From assembly GCA_030141605.1 (NCBI GenBank), contig JAQGDQ010000406.1:145164-209163 (forward strand): DNA of 64,000 nucleotides. Direction: 5' to 3'. The DNA is from Tubiluchus corallicola. Lineage: Eukaryota; Animalia; Priapulida. The translations under genes were made by a program, and so were the position numbers. Shown in pieces: positions 42,733 to 57,198 of this stretch (its first letter is position 1; each line of letters opens with the position of its first letter). A model generated the notes under the pieces. The model was given only the letters and a program-made list of their open reading frames with translations. It was not told the DNA's origin and ran no database searches.

Positions 42733-43215
42733 AGAAAACCGGACGATTGTTTAGACTCAAATTCATTTTAATTTACTGTCCAAAATATACATTTTCTTGC
42801 CTATAAAAGTTAACAATTGTTCCTTATAATTGAATAATTAGCTTAGAAAGTTAATGGTATGCAATTACGTCTTCCCTTGAACGTCAAGAACACTTGTATA
42901 AGTGTTACAGTACTGTTTAAATGCACGATGTCACGAGAAATAGACTCTATATCATATCACGTCAGAAACTAACAATGCGGTTCATGATCATGCTTATCAT
43001 GGTACCGCCTTCTATTTGTCGGCCACGCGAATGTGACAAAGGTGCTTCTGCTACCAATCTTTGTAGATTCACTGAGCTGCACATAGCTTTGAAACTTTAA
43101 CAAAATTATTATTATTTAATTATTATTTAATCTAAGCTTTCATTTAAAAAAAGCTTTTGTAGTTTTCAATGTTTTAGAGCATTCTTTATTCTGAACACAA
43201 TCATCCGGTTTTCCT
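42733..43215. mobile_element. MITE family A copy 4
   Basis: TTAA|AGAAAACCGGACGATTGT...ACAATCATCCGGTTTTCCT|TTAA. Confidence 0.87.
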
Positions 43216-44139
43216 TTAACATTCAAAAAAGCGCCATTCAGCATTTATATGCGTATTTAACAATAACACTAGATATAGTATTAGAAGATTGTCAAACATA
43301 TGAACGTTAGCAATTGGCACTTCTGCAATACTTTTCTTGTAAAAAGATCATGGATATAACAATATGGTTAAATCTTATTGGAGATGTTAGACGACAGCAC
43401 TAGTTCAGTCTTTAGTGGCATTTATGTAGCATGTAAATACGACATGCCGGATGCGTTTTCCACCTGCAGAATAGCCTGTGGAAAAAAACAATAGGAAATA
43501 GCTGCAGAAAAAGAATAATTGTACTCAAATGACATCAACAGTTTCCATCAACCCTCTAGTCTACAACACCAACCTACTAACAGCTGACTGGAATGGAGTA
43601 ACATCACACTTCTGTGCCTTGACCAGCTTTTCAAACCATGTAACAGCAAAGAGACCGAGAAACACAGGCTATACAACAGGAACGCAGCCCTTTTTGCCAA
43701 AACAACACTTAGCTCAGCTCTCAATGATAAAGAAGTTACATCACAGATCGTGTACCACCCTTTCCAGACAAATACGTTAACTACAGGTTAGCTGGAACAT
43801 GCAACTGGTCAGACCAACAACGAACGTCTGTACCAGTGAAAAGTATCAACTCAACTGTCCAGAACAGGTATTGCTTTTCTTGCATAAACAAACGAAGCAC
43901 TCCAACAGGTAAGTACAAACCATTTGAAGTGACAAGGGCGAGGAGATGATGAAATGAAAAAATCACACTGTACAGCAATGCAAGCCAAGCAAGCCATTTA
44001 CTATCAAAATTAACAACACACACCTCACAGCTATTTTCACTTACAAACATATTTCTTTACCTGATCAGTACATAGCTTATAATTTTTAAATAGCTAAAGG
44101 CTTAATGTCATTAATGATGATGATGACGATGACGACGAA

Positions 44140-44174
<35 letters not shown>

Positions 44175-44275
44175 CGACGACGACGATGATGATGATGGTA
44201 ATGTTACATTCTTTAGATTCATTATTACTTCACTGTCCATGCATCTACCCATGGCTAAACTTTTTTTTTGTTTAG

Positions 44276-44392
44276 ATTCCATTGATGAGTGTGATTCTAA
44301 TCCTTGTCAGAATGGAGCAACCTGTAAAAATAAAATCAATAAATACACTTGCACTTGTGTGGCAGGATACACTGGAACTAAGTGTCAACAAA
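44276..44392 (+). CDS. Ca-binding EGF exon
   Basis: [42 protein letters not shown], phase 1-1. Confidence 0.88.
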
Positions 44393-44557
44393 GTAAAGCT
44401 TGCTATTATGTTTTTTACAGATTGTATCTAAAATGTACTTTATTCCCTACGATAAGTACTTTAGTTAAAAATGCTACATTAACAAAATAACTATGTAAGA
44501 CATTTCATTGCTTTCTGCTGTACAATACTTACATTATTTTGATTAAATAATTTTCAG

Positions 44558-44668
44558 ATATAGATGAATGCGCATCCGGTCCTTGTGTCCATGGCACATG
44601 TTCTGATAAAATTAACTCATACACTTGCAATTGTCAAGCTGGGTATACAGGAAATACATGTGGCACAG
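44558..44668 (+). CDS. Ca-binding EGF exon
   Basis: [40 protein letters not shown], phase 1-1. Confidence 0.88.
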
Positions 44669-44792
44669 GTAAAGACAGGTGTTTTTTTTATGTATTGTAT
44701 CTACGGTGTATCTTATTCATTAAGATAACTACTTTAGTCAAAAAATGATACGCTTACATTTCATTGTTTTCTGCTAAACATGATTTAGCAAA

Positions 44793-44856
44793 TATAGAGT
44801 CAATGCATACGGTTGTTCTTGCGCTGCTGGATGTACTGGAACTAGGTGTCGACATG
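44793..44856 (+). pseudogene. 3' half of an EGF exon, acceptor deleted
   Basis: RVNAYGCSCAAGCTGTRCRH|GTAAGT is fused directly to intron. Compare the intact paralogue at 45869. Confidence 0.8.
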
Positions 44857-45043
44857 GTAAGTAATGATTATAAAAGACTATTTCTATTAATATAATTAGA
44901 GTAAAATTAAAAGTTATAAAATGAAGACAATTCCAATCAGTGTGATGCTACGTTAATCAGTGTTACGTTCAGTGTGACATTATTGCATATTTTTTCTTAC
45001 ATTATAGTACAATGGCTTTATCAACTTCGTTGTTTTTCTTCAG

Positions 45044-45157
45044 ATATAAATGAATGCTTGTCGAATCCTTGTAAAAATGGAGCTAACTGTACAGACGAAA
45101 TCAATAAATACAGTTGTACCTGTCTAAATGGATATACTGGAGATGAATGTGAAACAA
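45044..45157 (+). CDS. Ca-binding EGF exon
   Basis: [41 protein letters not shown], phase 1-1. Confidence 0.88.
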
Positions 45158-45381
45158 GTAAAACCTTTCACGATGCTTTATACTTTTGCACATATTATGA
45201 TATGCAGTGTAGTAGCAGTTTAACAATTGTAAGATAAGTTTTGGAATTATCAAAATTTACCATTTAATTAAATGAAAATGTAAAGCATTTTTTCTTTTTC
45301 TTTTTCTTGTAGTGTAAGGTATACGGTAACGTAGCAAATCCTGAGATATGTCATTGCAATAGCTATCATTTTCTGGCATAG

Positions 45382-45463
45382 ATATCAATGAATGCTCATC
45401 CATTCCTTGTTTCCATCAGAACATGGACTATGGAGCAAGGATTTGATGAGCATTCATTGATAT
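45382..45463. pseudogene. Head-to-head pair of EGF exon 5' fragments (fold-back)
   Basis: ATATCAATGAATGCTCATCCATTCCTTGTTTCCAT followed by its near reverse complement at 45430-45463. Confidence 0.8.
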
Positions 45464-45604
45464 TTCAAAAAAAGACACATGATGCTTTATATTGTTGCTG
45501 GATTTGTTGCGTCACTGTATGTTAATGCATGACTTCGAGTAATACTTTAATATACAGTCATGTAACAATTTCGGCAATATATTTAACAATAGCTCTTTTT
45601 TTAG

Positions 45605-45715
45605 ATATAAATGAATGCGCATCTGATCCTTGTGTCCATGGCACATGTTCTGATAAAATTAACTCATACACTTGCAATTGTCAAGCTGGGTATACAGGAA
45701 ATAGATGTGACACAG
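45605..45715 (+). CDS. Ca-binding EGF exon
   Basis: [40 protein letters not shown]. Confidence 0.88.
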
Positions 45716-45868
45716 GTAAAGACATGTGTTTTTTATGTATTGTATCTACACTGTATCTTATTCATTAAGATAACTACTTTAGTCAAAAAATGATACGCTT
45801 ACATTTCATTGTTTTCTGCTAAACATGATTTAGCAAATATTGCAATGTTTTGATTAAATAATTTTCAG

Positions 45869-45982
45869 ATATAGATGAATGTGCATCAAGTCCTTGCCAG
45901 AATGGTGCTACGTGCCGTGATAGAGTCAATGCATACGATTGTTCTTGTGCTGCTGGATATGCCGGAACTAACTGTGGACAAG
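45869..45982 (+). CDS. Ca-binding EGF exon
   Basis: [41 protein letters not shown]. Confidence 0.88.
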
Positions 45983-46169
45983 GTGCGTAATAATTATAAA
46001 AGACTATTTCTATTAATATAATTAGAATAAAATGAAAAGTTATAAAATGAAGACAATTCCAATCAGTGTGATGCTACGTTAATCAGTGTTACGTTCAACG
46101 TGACCTTATCGCATATTTTTTCATTACATTATTGTACAATGGCTTTAGCAACTTCGCTGTTTTTTTCAG

Positions 46170-46283
46170 ATACAAATGAATGCTTGTCGAACGCTTGTAA
46201 AAATGGAGCTAGCTGTACCGACGAAATCAATAAATACAGTTGTACCTGTCTAAATGGATTTACTGGAGTTGACTGTGGAAAAG
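46170..46283 (+). CDS. EGF exon
   Basis: [41 protein letters not shown]. Confidence 0.86.
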
Positions 46284-46938
46284 GTGAACAATTAACAAAA
46301 TATTTTTTATAAAGGTTAACGTTTTGGTAAGAATTTGATTAATAATACTAATATGATTGAAAAGTTTTGGTAACTTATACAACAGAGTAAACAAGCTTTA
46401 TCGATGACCCTAACCATGCATAAAAAAGTGGACATTTGTACAAAAACTCTCTGAATTTTACTGTTTAATATTATCTCAAGGAAATTTATGCATACAAAAA
46501 TCACATTAATTAGTTAAATTTCATGTGACATTCATTATAGAACCAGCTATCAGCATTTATATGGTATTTTAATACTATTAGTGTTAGAGTAATCCATTAT
46601 GTAGGGCATGAGAAAATTTAAATGCTAATAGTGAATTTGTAACAGCATGTTCTGACTAGTGAGTTTTCTCGTGTTACTCCGAGGACACTAATCATGATCT
46701 GACACTCACATCACCTTTTACTGTGAAAAGTGCTGAGAGTAAATTGCTGAGGCAATCACACTAGAGAGTAACTCACTGGAAATCAACTCATAGCAACTGT
46801 TGGAGAGCTTGCAATTACTTGTCAAAAGTAACTCGTAAAGCAGTTCGTACTGATGGGATTTTATTGTAAGAGAGAAAATGCACAACAGAAAACTCACAAG
46901 TTCGAAAGTGCTGTAATACATTGGTTGTTTTTGTTTAG

Positions 46939-47052
46939 ATATTGACGAATGTTCATCTAATCCTTGTAAGAACGGAGCTACATGCAAAGACGGAATCGGT
47001 ATCTACACTTGCATTTGCGATTCAGGATACACAGGAGTTAACTGTGAACAAG
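46939..47052 (+). CDS. Ca-binding EGF exon
   Basis: [41 protein letters not shown]. Confidence 0.88.
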
Positions 47053-47184
47053 GTAAAATACACCACGATTTTTGCAGATTACTTTCCACTTGTAATTGTA
47101 GTTTGTTCCTACAATATTTCAGTGTTTCTTGTCCATTTTAAGGACAGCAATCTTGACATTTCATGAGAAAAGTTGTTTTACTAG

Positions 47185-47295
47185 ATATCGACGAATGCTC
47201 ATCCAATCCGTGTGTGAATGGCGCATGTTCTGATGCACGTAATGCATACACTTGTAATTGTGATGCCGGATATGCAGGAACTCACTGTGACCAAG
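47185..47295 (+). CDS. Ca-binding EGF exon
   Basis: [40 protein letters not shown]. Confidence 0.88.
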
Positions 47296-47532
47296 GTAAA
47301 ACATTATCAAAGTGTTTGTTCTAGAAAATGCTCTGAAATCTGAATAAAGCAAACATGGATATGGTTTGTCTAATATGTCCGAAAATTATAAAGATAATAA
47401 TTTTTTGTGAAGGGTTATATCTGTCAAGAGATTTGAACCTAGTGAGTTTAACGTTCTTTACTGTTTCAGATTTTAGCTATGTTTATATGTCTTGCATCTT
47501 TTCACTTCTATAGAAAGACCTTTCTTCCTTAG

Positions 47533-47646
47533 ATATTAATGAATGCCAGTCTAACCCCTGTAAATATGGAGCAACGTGTATAGATGGAATCGGCAAATAC
47601 ACTTGTACTTGTGTTCCTGGATTTACTGGACGTACTTGTGGGGAAG
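47533..47646 (+). CDS. Ca-binding EGF exon
   Basis: [41 protein letters not shown]. Confidence 0.88.
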
Positions 47647-47935
47647 GTAAAAGTTGCCACAATGTTTGGTATTATAGGCAGAAATTAACAAAACATAAAT
47701 AAGTAAAAAGGACAATAAGTACATTTAGTTTGTTATTACTACTGGAAAAGTTTGCATTGCAATTTTTCCAAGGAATTATAGAAAAATGACCTAATGGAAA
47801 ACATAGTTTCCTGTTTGCTAAAACTTTATTTTGGATTTAGTGAATCTGTCTGCTACAGATTTTTTCATGGATTTAACAAGACTGTTTATGGAATTGATTA
47901 ACACATGAATTGATGTAATTATTTTCTCTGTTTAG

Positions 47936-48055
47936 CTATTAATGAGTGCTTGCTTCTTTCTAATCCTTGCCAGAATGGAGCTACATGTGTAGATAGACCC
48001 AATAACTATACTTGCATTTGTGCCAAAGGATTTGCTGGACGCAATTGCGAAAAAG
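47936..48055 (+). CDS. EGF exon
   Basis: [43 protein letters not shown]. Confidence 0.87.
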
Positions 48056-48247
48056 GTATAGATATTTTCCTGTTTGCTGCTGTTGAGATTATCGAGTTTT
48101 TAAGAAAATGTTACACAATTTAGAACCCAGAGTGGTTTGTGGATTTTGTTTTTGCAAGTTTTCATTTGTTATAAGAAACTAAAATTAATTATTCACATAT
48201 GTGTGATGCTTCCACCCTGCGTAATATGAATTTTTGTTTCTGCTTAG

Positions 48248-48364
48248 ATGTTAATGATTGCACAAGTAATCCTTGTGCCAATGGAGCTACTTGTGTAGAC
48301 GCGGGTGCCAATGCATACAATTGTTCTTGTCCAAAAGGATATAAAGGAGGTAACTGTGAAGAAG
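48248..48364 (+). CDS. EGF exon
   Basis: [42 protein letters not shown]. Confidence 0.88.
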
Positions 48365-48660
48365 GTAAGGATTATCAGTTTTTGAACAGAGTGTCAGGTT
48401 TTATTATGGAGCTTATGTTGAAATAACTAAGTGCAAGAGCATTGCCATTTTTTATGAAACATTAAAAACTATTGTTTTTTTTGTCCTCTAAAAATTATTC
48501 GTCACTAAGGTCATCATTTTAAACAGTTTGTACTTTTATTATCAACATTATTATTTATTAATAATTTAATTATAATTATTAGTAGTAGTAGCAGTAGGTA
48601 TTTTACTTGCATTCTAAAATTGATACTGCACATTGCACAATAATGCAATGAGTATTAGTA

Positions 48661-51600
48661 TTGGAGGTAGATGGGGTTCCTTAGCTTTGGCCGGCAATCC
48701 ATCTAGGTGAAGGAAAACACTGATCACAAACCTCCACTGCCTTGTGGCTATACTCTCCATGAGAAAGGCTTCGGGAGTAAACCCCAAGGAAAAATCCGCA
48801 GCTGGAGTCCCTATAGGCGGGTTATCTTATTATTTTCTTAACGAGCGATCTTGATTAATTATACAATCAATCGAATTAGTGATGATTCACACGCCGATTG
48901 CTTCCAGACAATTGATTAAGCCGTTCTATCAATTGCCTGACTCCGAGGGCTTCGGTTCAGTTGATAAGGCAATGATCTGGTCCTACACAATTGTAACGTC
49001 GAACTTGTGTTGTGAGTCAGATCTGTATCCCTCGAGTTTACAAGCGAGCTCCCGCAATGAACTGTACACTGCGAATCGTTCAGATTCGAATCAAGGATTT
49101 AGTGTTACGATTATGAGCCACAGGTAACTCATTAAACATCAACACAACATTAACAGTAGTTAAGTTGACTCAGTGAATAGTTTATTGCAATTACAATTTC
49201 GCTTTTGGTTCTTTGGGCTCCCCTGTATAGGGCGCACCCAGGCTGAACCCCTTTCCACACAGTGCATCACCACGTGCCACTGTGTTCTCTGTTTCCTGAC
49301 CTAACCTTTTCAGCTTCAGTCGATCACAGAGACTTAGCTCGCCTGTTCACAATTTGGCTTGCTAAGGCCTAACTGTACAGTGAGACATTAGCCCCATTAG
49401 TGAGACTACCAGCCGGTGACCCACTCGATAGCAATCACGAAGATGACCAGTCTACTAGCATAGCAAACCATCCCCATCCCTTATAGGGACCAAAGTTCTC
49501 ATGCCCAGAGGCAACCGGCGGTGTGATCCATAGGAAACCTTGCTATCCCACTATGAACTTTGACCGTTTTCACCAGCCTAGCCTGTTCACTAGTGAAGTG
49601 CTATGGCCCGAATTCACTCTTCACCTAGCTAGGTGAGGACTGTCATCCTCGTACCACGTATGTATCACTTATTCCACAACTGCAGGCATAAAACAGCTAA
49701 GACTCTATGGCAGTACCAGTACTTTGGCTGCCTAAGCCTCAGCTAAAGTGTCGAACCAGGCTTTGCTCTGTAGGGATTTATGATCCTTGCGGACACACTG
49801 CCTGCTGTTACGTGCTAACACTTGAGGTGCTCATCCCTATTGTTAACACGTTAGATTAAACTTTCAAAACAATACAGGATTTGTTCCTATGTGCTAGTGA
49901 GCGCTTACAAATAATCTTAGGTTCCAAAGAGATACTTGTTCCTCTACGAGACCTCGCAGCACCAGTGCTTTGACTTCACAAAGTATGCAGTAGAATCACC
50001 ACTCTGGGCTAACGTCTCAGAATGTCTCGGACACAACAACACGGCAACAACTGTCCTCCTCTCTTTCTAGATGTGTGTGTGCGTGCTTTAAACTTTTTAC
50101 AAAGCTCATAAAGCAAAAGCTCTTTTTGTCATGCATTGCGCATTGACCACTGAGGATTGCACCATCTCTGATGATTTAATACCCCAGAAGTAGCAACCTT
50201 ACCTCCTGGACAGTGAGTAATGTTGTGCAAGCTACTTTATGATCGATAATTGCTGCTACTGGGTTTACACAAAATGATTTCTTTACTCGCAACTCGACAA
50301 ATGGTCAGTACTGACCTTATTCTCTGTTTGCTAATTGGTATGCACACTGTTAACAAGCGGCATCTCTTTAAATTTTACACCTGCCTATTTCACTACTCTG
50401 CAACATCTCTGCTTGTTAAATTTAAGCTCTTGAACTTATCTGCGACATCTCTGCTTGTTGAATTCAAACTCTCGAACTCATTAAACTCAAGCTACAAGCT
50501 GGGTGAGTCCTCTATAATCAAATTGTATGAATTTTCATATCAAACTCAGGGAGGGAGTGGTTTTATCATCATAATCTAATTCATCTGATAATTCCAATTT
50601 ATATCAAATTAAATTCATATTCTAAATTTTATTCATAACAGGGTCATGTTGCATAGCACCATGATTCCAACCTTTCCTGCGACGCCTGAAGTACCAGATG
50701 TACTGGCTCTGCCTTTCCCATGGGTCATACTTCTGGCATGGAGAGAGTGAGGCTGGCGACCTGGTGCAATCCTTCCCTCACTTAAAACCAAGTCACGCAC
50801 AGGTCATGATGACAGGTTACCACCAAAATTTCAAAAGTCCCGTGACGATGGGGGAGTGGCGAACCAGCAAGTGAGGATTACACTCAAGCTGCAGTCACAA
50901 ACCTACACACAGGTGGCTCATGGCATATGGTCACTCTCAACTGATCGAGGCAGCAGCGGAGTTCGGCAGCCCCCTGGGCGACTGAGCAGCCCTCTAGGAA
51001 CGCTCTGCTCACCCCTGTAGCATGGGGAGCGGACTAGAAAAGGTGTCCCAAACATAGCCTGCCTCAACACTTTCCTGGTCCAGCAAGCCGCGGCTGGCGG
51101 GAAATCCCATCTGTGCGGTCAAAAGAGCAAGAGAAAAATAAAACTAACACTGGGTACCTGGAATGTCAGGACACTACTCGACAATGGCAACGCCAACAGA
51201 CCTGAAAGAAGAACTGCTCTTATAACAAAAGAATCACAAAGATACAAGATTGACATAGCTGCTCTCAGTGAAACACGCCTTGCAGAGAAAGAACAACCCT
51301 CTGAAGCTGGCGCCGGATACACTTTCTTTTGGAGTGGGAGACCATCAGGTGAGAAAAGAGAGGCAGGAGTTGGATTAGCAGTCATAAATGGCCTTGTGAA
51401 GAACCTCTGAAAACTTCCAAATGGCATCAACGACCGGTTTATGACTCTCCAACTACCCCTCACGAAAGGTAAGAAAGCTACTCTCATAAGTGCATATGCT
51501 CCCACCATGACCAACCCAGATGACGTCAAGGACAAGTTTTATGAAGAGCTAGATGCTACCATCGGAAATGTTCAAACATCAGACAAGCTGAAACAGATCA

Positions 51601-53747
51601 CCAATCATGGGAAGGAGTTATTGGCACACAAGGAGAGGGAAAATGTAACATGCAATGAGGTGCAAAGGAAACTCCGTGAAATGCAAGACGCCTGGCTGTC
51701 AAAGTAAGCAGAAGAAAAACAACACTATGCTGACACCATCAACTTAAAAAAGTTCTATGATGCCCTCAAGTCCATCTACTGTCCACAGCCATCTGGGACT
51801 TCACCACTCCTCAATGCAGATGGAACAAAGTTACTAACTGACAAGTCTGACATCCTAGAAAAATGGGCAGAACATTTCAACACTGTTCTAAACCGACCAT
51901 CATCCATAAATGCAGAAGCAATAGACCGACTACCCCAAATGAAAATAAATGAAGACCTAGATCAACCACCAACACTAGAGGAGATCGTCAAAGCCATTGA
52001 ACAGACCTCCCATGGCAAAGCACCAGGTGCTGCTAGAATACCAGCCGAAATTTACAAGACAGGGGGCGGCAGCAATGCTACAAAAATTTCCAGACCTATT
52101 CCAGCTGATGTGGGAGGAAAGCAAACTTCCTTAAGACCTCCTAGATGCTAAAGTTGTTCATATTTACAGACGTAAAGGGAACAGGCAGTCATGTGACAAC
52201 CACAGAGGCATATCTCTACTGTCCATAGTGGGTAAGATCCTGGCACGTGTTCTACTAAATCAACAGTTGTTGCACCTGGAGAAAGACCTTCTCCCAGAGA
52301 GCCAGTGTGGCTTTAGAGCAGGCAGAGGAATGGTGGATATGATCTTTGCTGCAAGACAACTTCAAGAGAAGTGCCAAGAACAGAACGTCAGCGTCTTCAC
52401 AACATTCATAGGCCTCACCAAGGCGTTTGATACTGTCAGTAGGAATGACCTCTGAAAAATACGGATGCCCAAAGAAGTTTACTGATGTTGTGCAGCAGTT
52501 TCATGAAGGCATGATGGTCAGAGTCCTAAATGGCGGAGGCATGTCTGAAGCCTTTGAAGTAATAAACGGGGTAAAACAGGGCTGTGTACTCGCTCCAACA
52601 CTCTTCAGCATGATGTTCTCTGCCATGCTACATGATGCTTTTGAAAACACCCAGGATGGCATTAAGATACAATACAAAACAGATGGCAGCCTCTTCAACT
52701 CCAGGCACTTGCAAGCTACCACCAAGACCCATGTAACCACAGTCAAAGACCTTCTCTTTGCTGATGACTGCGCTTTCGGGGCCACCTCCCAAGAACAAAT
52801 GCAAAGAGAGATGGACCACTTCGCATCAGCCTGCAAGAACTACGGCCTAACAATCTCTACAAAGAAAACTGAAGTTATGTACCAACCAGCCCCAGACTCC
52901 TCACAGGTTCAGCCAAAGATCTTAGTGAATGGTCAAGAACTTATCTCTGTTGACAACTTCACATACCTAGGGAGCACCCTTACCACAGCTGCCAACATCG
53001 ATACAGAAATCAACAACAGAATTGCCAAGGCTAGCGCTTCATTTGGAAGACTCGGCTCCAACGTGTGGGACAGGAGAGGCATTAGAACCCCCACAAAATT
53101 GAAGGTGTATAGAGCTGTCGTCATCACCACTCTCCTCTATGCCAGTGAATCCTGGACATTATATAGGAGACACGTAAAACAGTTTAAGCACTTTCACATG
53201 GGCTGTCTGAGGAAAATCCTGCTCATCAAGTGGCAGGACAAGGTGGCAGACACTGAGGTACTTAAAGGAGCTGACCTCCCTAGCATCCATACACTCCTCC
53301 TCAAAACACAAGTGCGGTGGGCAGGACATGTGATTCACATGCCAGACAACCGTATACCAAAGAAGATGCCTTATGGAGAACTTATGTCTGGAAAGAGAAA
53401 GGTTGGACGACCAAAGAAACACTTCAAAGACAGCCTGAAGGTCTCACTCAAGGAGCTCAACATGGATATCCGCTCAATGGAAACCCTTGCACAAGATCGC
53501 TCAGTGGAGTACCATCACCTTAGGTGCTAAGACAGATGAGCGAAAAATACTGAGGAGGCAGAAGAGAAGCGCAGGAGACGCAAGGCATGTGACACTGCCC
53601 AACAGCAAGTCAAAACACCCAGCCTCACCTGTGCCAAATCGGCCTAATCAGTCACCTTCGAGCTCATCAAAGCAATGACAACTCCCCAAACTGACCCTTT
53701 ATCCCTGTCACTATGGACATCTTCGATTCGAAGGATGAACATCAATC
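48661..53747 (+). mobile_element. RTE-clade (BovB-like) LINE, near full length but decayed, with 7-bp TSD ATTAGTA
   Basis: APE endonuclease LGTWNVRTL...DIAALSETRL...GYTFFWSG (from about 51140). RT motifs RGISLLS, LPESQCGFRAGR, GVKQGCVLAPTLF and LLFADDC. Multiple stops, frameshifts and an internal deletion near 51600-51650. ATTAGTA at 48654-48660 and 53748-53754. Confidence 0.92.
48823..50640. mobile_element. Putative nested insertion (LTR-like) in the RTE 5' UTR
   Basis: An unrelated 1.8 kb segment flanked by GGGT on both sides. It ends ...ATAACA, but its left end lacks a clean TG. Confidence 0.4.
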
Positions 53748-54189
53748 ATTAGTATACAACAAGTGTATACAAACAAATATATGAATTAGCAATCTAATAA
53801 AAAGACTAACATGCACCATTTAGTAGAAGATCACAAAATGATTTCTTGACAGAAGATTTTGTATTGTGCTTAAAACGCAAAGCATATTTGTAGCATAAAT
53901 TTTAAAAATCATTGTCATTAATAAAAAATAACTATTTCGGTATAAGTATTTTACTCGAATTTTCCGGAAAAAGTTAAGCCTTGGATTGTCTATTATGAAA
54001 TCTGATGACATACTCTTCTCTATATTGACAGTTATTCACCTAAAAAGGTACTAAATGGAAAAGCAAAGTAGACACAATACTCTGGCACCGTTGGATTTAC
54101 TAAAAATTATTATTATTTTAAACAGTTTATACTTTTATCATTATCAACACTATTATTATTAATAATTTGATTATTGATATTTATTGTTA

Positions 54190-54356
<167 letters not shown>

Positions 54357-55448
54357 TATGTGTTTTAGTTGCATTCGGAAATTTTTACTGCACATTGCAC
54401 AATGATGCAATGAGTATTAGTAGATAGCAAGTATATGCAAACAAAAATATGAATTAGCAATCTAATAAAAAAAACGTGCATGCCCAATTTAGTAGATCAT
54501 AAAATGATTTCTTAACCGAAAATTTTGTATTGTGTTAAAAACGCAAAGCACATTTCTAGCATAAATTTTAAAAATGATTGTCATTAATAAAAAAATAACG
54601 GTAAATCTCGGTAAAAGTATTTGTGTCGAATTTTGTTATATTCCTAAAAAGTTAAGCCTTCGATTGTCTTTACATCTATTGTGAAATTTGATGACGTAGT
54701 CATCTCTGCATTGACAATTATTCAGCTAAAAAGGTGCTAAATGTAAAAGCAAAGTAGACACAATACTCTGGCACCGTTGGATTTTCTAGAAATTATTCAC
54801 TCTGCTAGTCTGGATCCGACAGGCATTTATGACAAATCTTCAAAAGTCTCAGTTGAATTTCATGTAAACTACTGATCTTTATTTCTGCAATATTTAAAAA
54901 TTAAAATAGAAAAGCAAAAGTGACTGACTTTGGCTAATTTTATAAAAGTTACATAGTTTAGTTAGATTGACAGTTATTTAGTCTATTCAAAAATATCAGT
55001 GAGTAAATCAAAATGAAAATTAATGGAAGTAAATTTACATCGTTGCGGCATATATCTAATGTTCCCATATACTACAGAACAGCATAATGAAATCATAACT
55101 TGGTCAATGCCTACACCTTGAACTTTCCAGTTAGATGGAGCCACCTTGGCTACAAATTTAAAATTTATTAAGTCAGGTTCACGGTGCCCTTAATATTCAC
55201 TATCATGGAATGTCTTCCGAAATAAGCCACTGAACAGGCAGATTTGTTTGCAGACTGTCTCTTACTTATTCGCCATTTTTATGCTGGCATATGTCAAGTC
55301 TGCTAAAGAAAGATTATGCAATATATAACTTCCTTTTTCTGCATTTAGATTTTTGCATTTTTATTGGAAGATAAAGAGTCCAAAACCTCAGTCGCAGTTG
55401 CCTAGCAATTCTGACATCTTCTTAAAAGGTTTTATGATTTGTATTTAG

Positions 55449-55562
55449 AGATAAATGAATGCGTATCCAATCCCTGTGTGAATGGAGCTACTTGTATAGA
55501 CAGGTTGAACGAGTACGGTTGCTCTTGTGCTTCTGGATACAATGGAACTAATTGTGATCAAG
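55449..55562 (+). CDS. Ca-binding EGF exon
   Basis: [41 protein letters not shown]. Confidence 0.88.
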
Positions 55563-55684
55563 GTAATTAAACTTGCCATGTTGTTTAGTTTTATATTATA
55601 CAGATAGTAGTATACAACATAGTTGTAAACAGATACAGATTTGTTGCCTGTGTACAGATATTATTGACAGTTGGTGTTTTTCAG

Positions 55685-55798
55685 ACATTAACGAATGCTT
55701 TTCGACTCCTTGTGCTAATGGTGCTACATGTACAAATACCGTCGGCAATTACACTTGTTCTTGTGCTGATGGATATACTGGAAATGACTGCAGCGAAG
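55685..55798 (+). CDS. Ca-binding EGF exon
   Basis: [41 protein letters not shown]. Confidence 0.88.
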
Positions 55799-57009
55799 GT
55801 AAATGTTGTCATTTTCACTTGTACTTTTATAGTCTACAAGCGTTATTCGTGATTGCTCTGTTTAGTTCTGAGGTGGTGATGTTGATAAATATGGCGATGA
55901 ATATTTCAAGAAAAAAAGCAAAGACAGGGATACATTTATTTAACATCGCTCATTCAACAGACTATAATTATATTATACTGCAGTATATTATGTTATAATT
56001 CATTATATTAAATGATTTATATTATAATACATTACATTGTATTATGCTACGCTTTTATACTATATTCAATTATTATTGTTTTGGACACAAAAGTACAGAA
56101 AAGCAAAACAGTGCACAAGGAGCATAAGATAGAATTTGCACAACAATAGTGTTTCTGTAGCATGCTATGCCAACCAGCAAGGAACTTAAACCGAAAGAGC
56201 AAGCTGCCTGCATGTCCACACTAGGGAAGTGGATAGGGCATTATATGAACATCATGAGTTATGCTAAAATGTACAAAAATCAGATATATAAGACCCATTT
56301 ATAAGAAATGAATTAATTTAGTTGCTACAGCTGAAGTTGATTAAAGAGTAAAAAGAAATTGTGAGACGATATTGCCAGTATGGTATGTATTTAGCAAATT
56401 ATTATACTTACAACAATACAGGTAGGAATGCAGTACACTAGTGTTGTATAATATGAAGGGTGTTCGCCTTGACATTGTAGCCATTAGTCTTGAACCATGC
56501 TTGTCACCAAATCCAAGAGAATTAAGTCAGGGTAGTGAAACTGCAATGAACAGTGACCAAATCAGTTACAGCAATAACGGACGTCTTCTTATCCAGTCCA
56601 TTTTGTATGACGCTTTTGGCATGTCTTCGTTTCACCAAATTTTTCTGAAGCTTTGGGCGTATGAGGTTGATCACGTTTTCCTTGGGTCACTGTCATTGAT
56701 GTTATCATCAAAGATTGTTCTGCAACACCCAGGATGTTGAGATTCTCGACGCCATCTCACTCCATGTCGTTTGACACACTAAGCAGAAGAAACCACCAGT
56801 TATTTTTATAGGCGATCATTTGCATGACCATGTAAGGGTTTTACTAACTAAAAATTAATCAGGTAACTAAAACTATATAAAAATAAGCATAAAGGGTTAG
56901 CACACAGTACACAGCATCAGAATGTACACATGTAAAGCACAAACACAGTAAAACAAATTCCTTCATAGGCCCAGGCAGATTTTTTATCAGATTTTTTTCC
57001 TACATTTAG

Positions 57010-57123
57010 ATATTAACGAATGCTCAACCAATCCTTGTAAAAATGGAGCTACGTGTGTGAATGAAATCAATAGATTCGTTTGCAATTGTGTTTCTGGATT
57101 TACTGGAGACACTTGTGGACAAG
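57010..57123 (+). CDS. Ca-binding EGF exon
   Basis: [41 protein letters not shown]. Confidence 0.88.
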
Positions 57124-57198
57124 GTAAAAACTGCTACCGCATATGTTATTAGACCATCATGAATATACACAGCTGTGAAACTAAAAGTGAATTACTAA

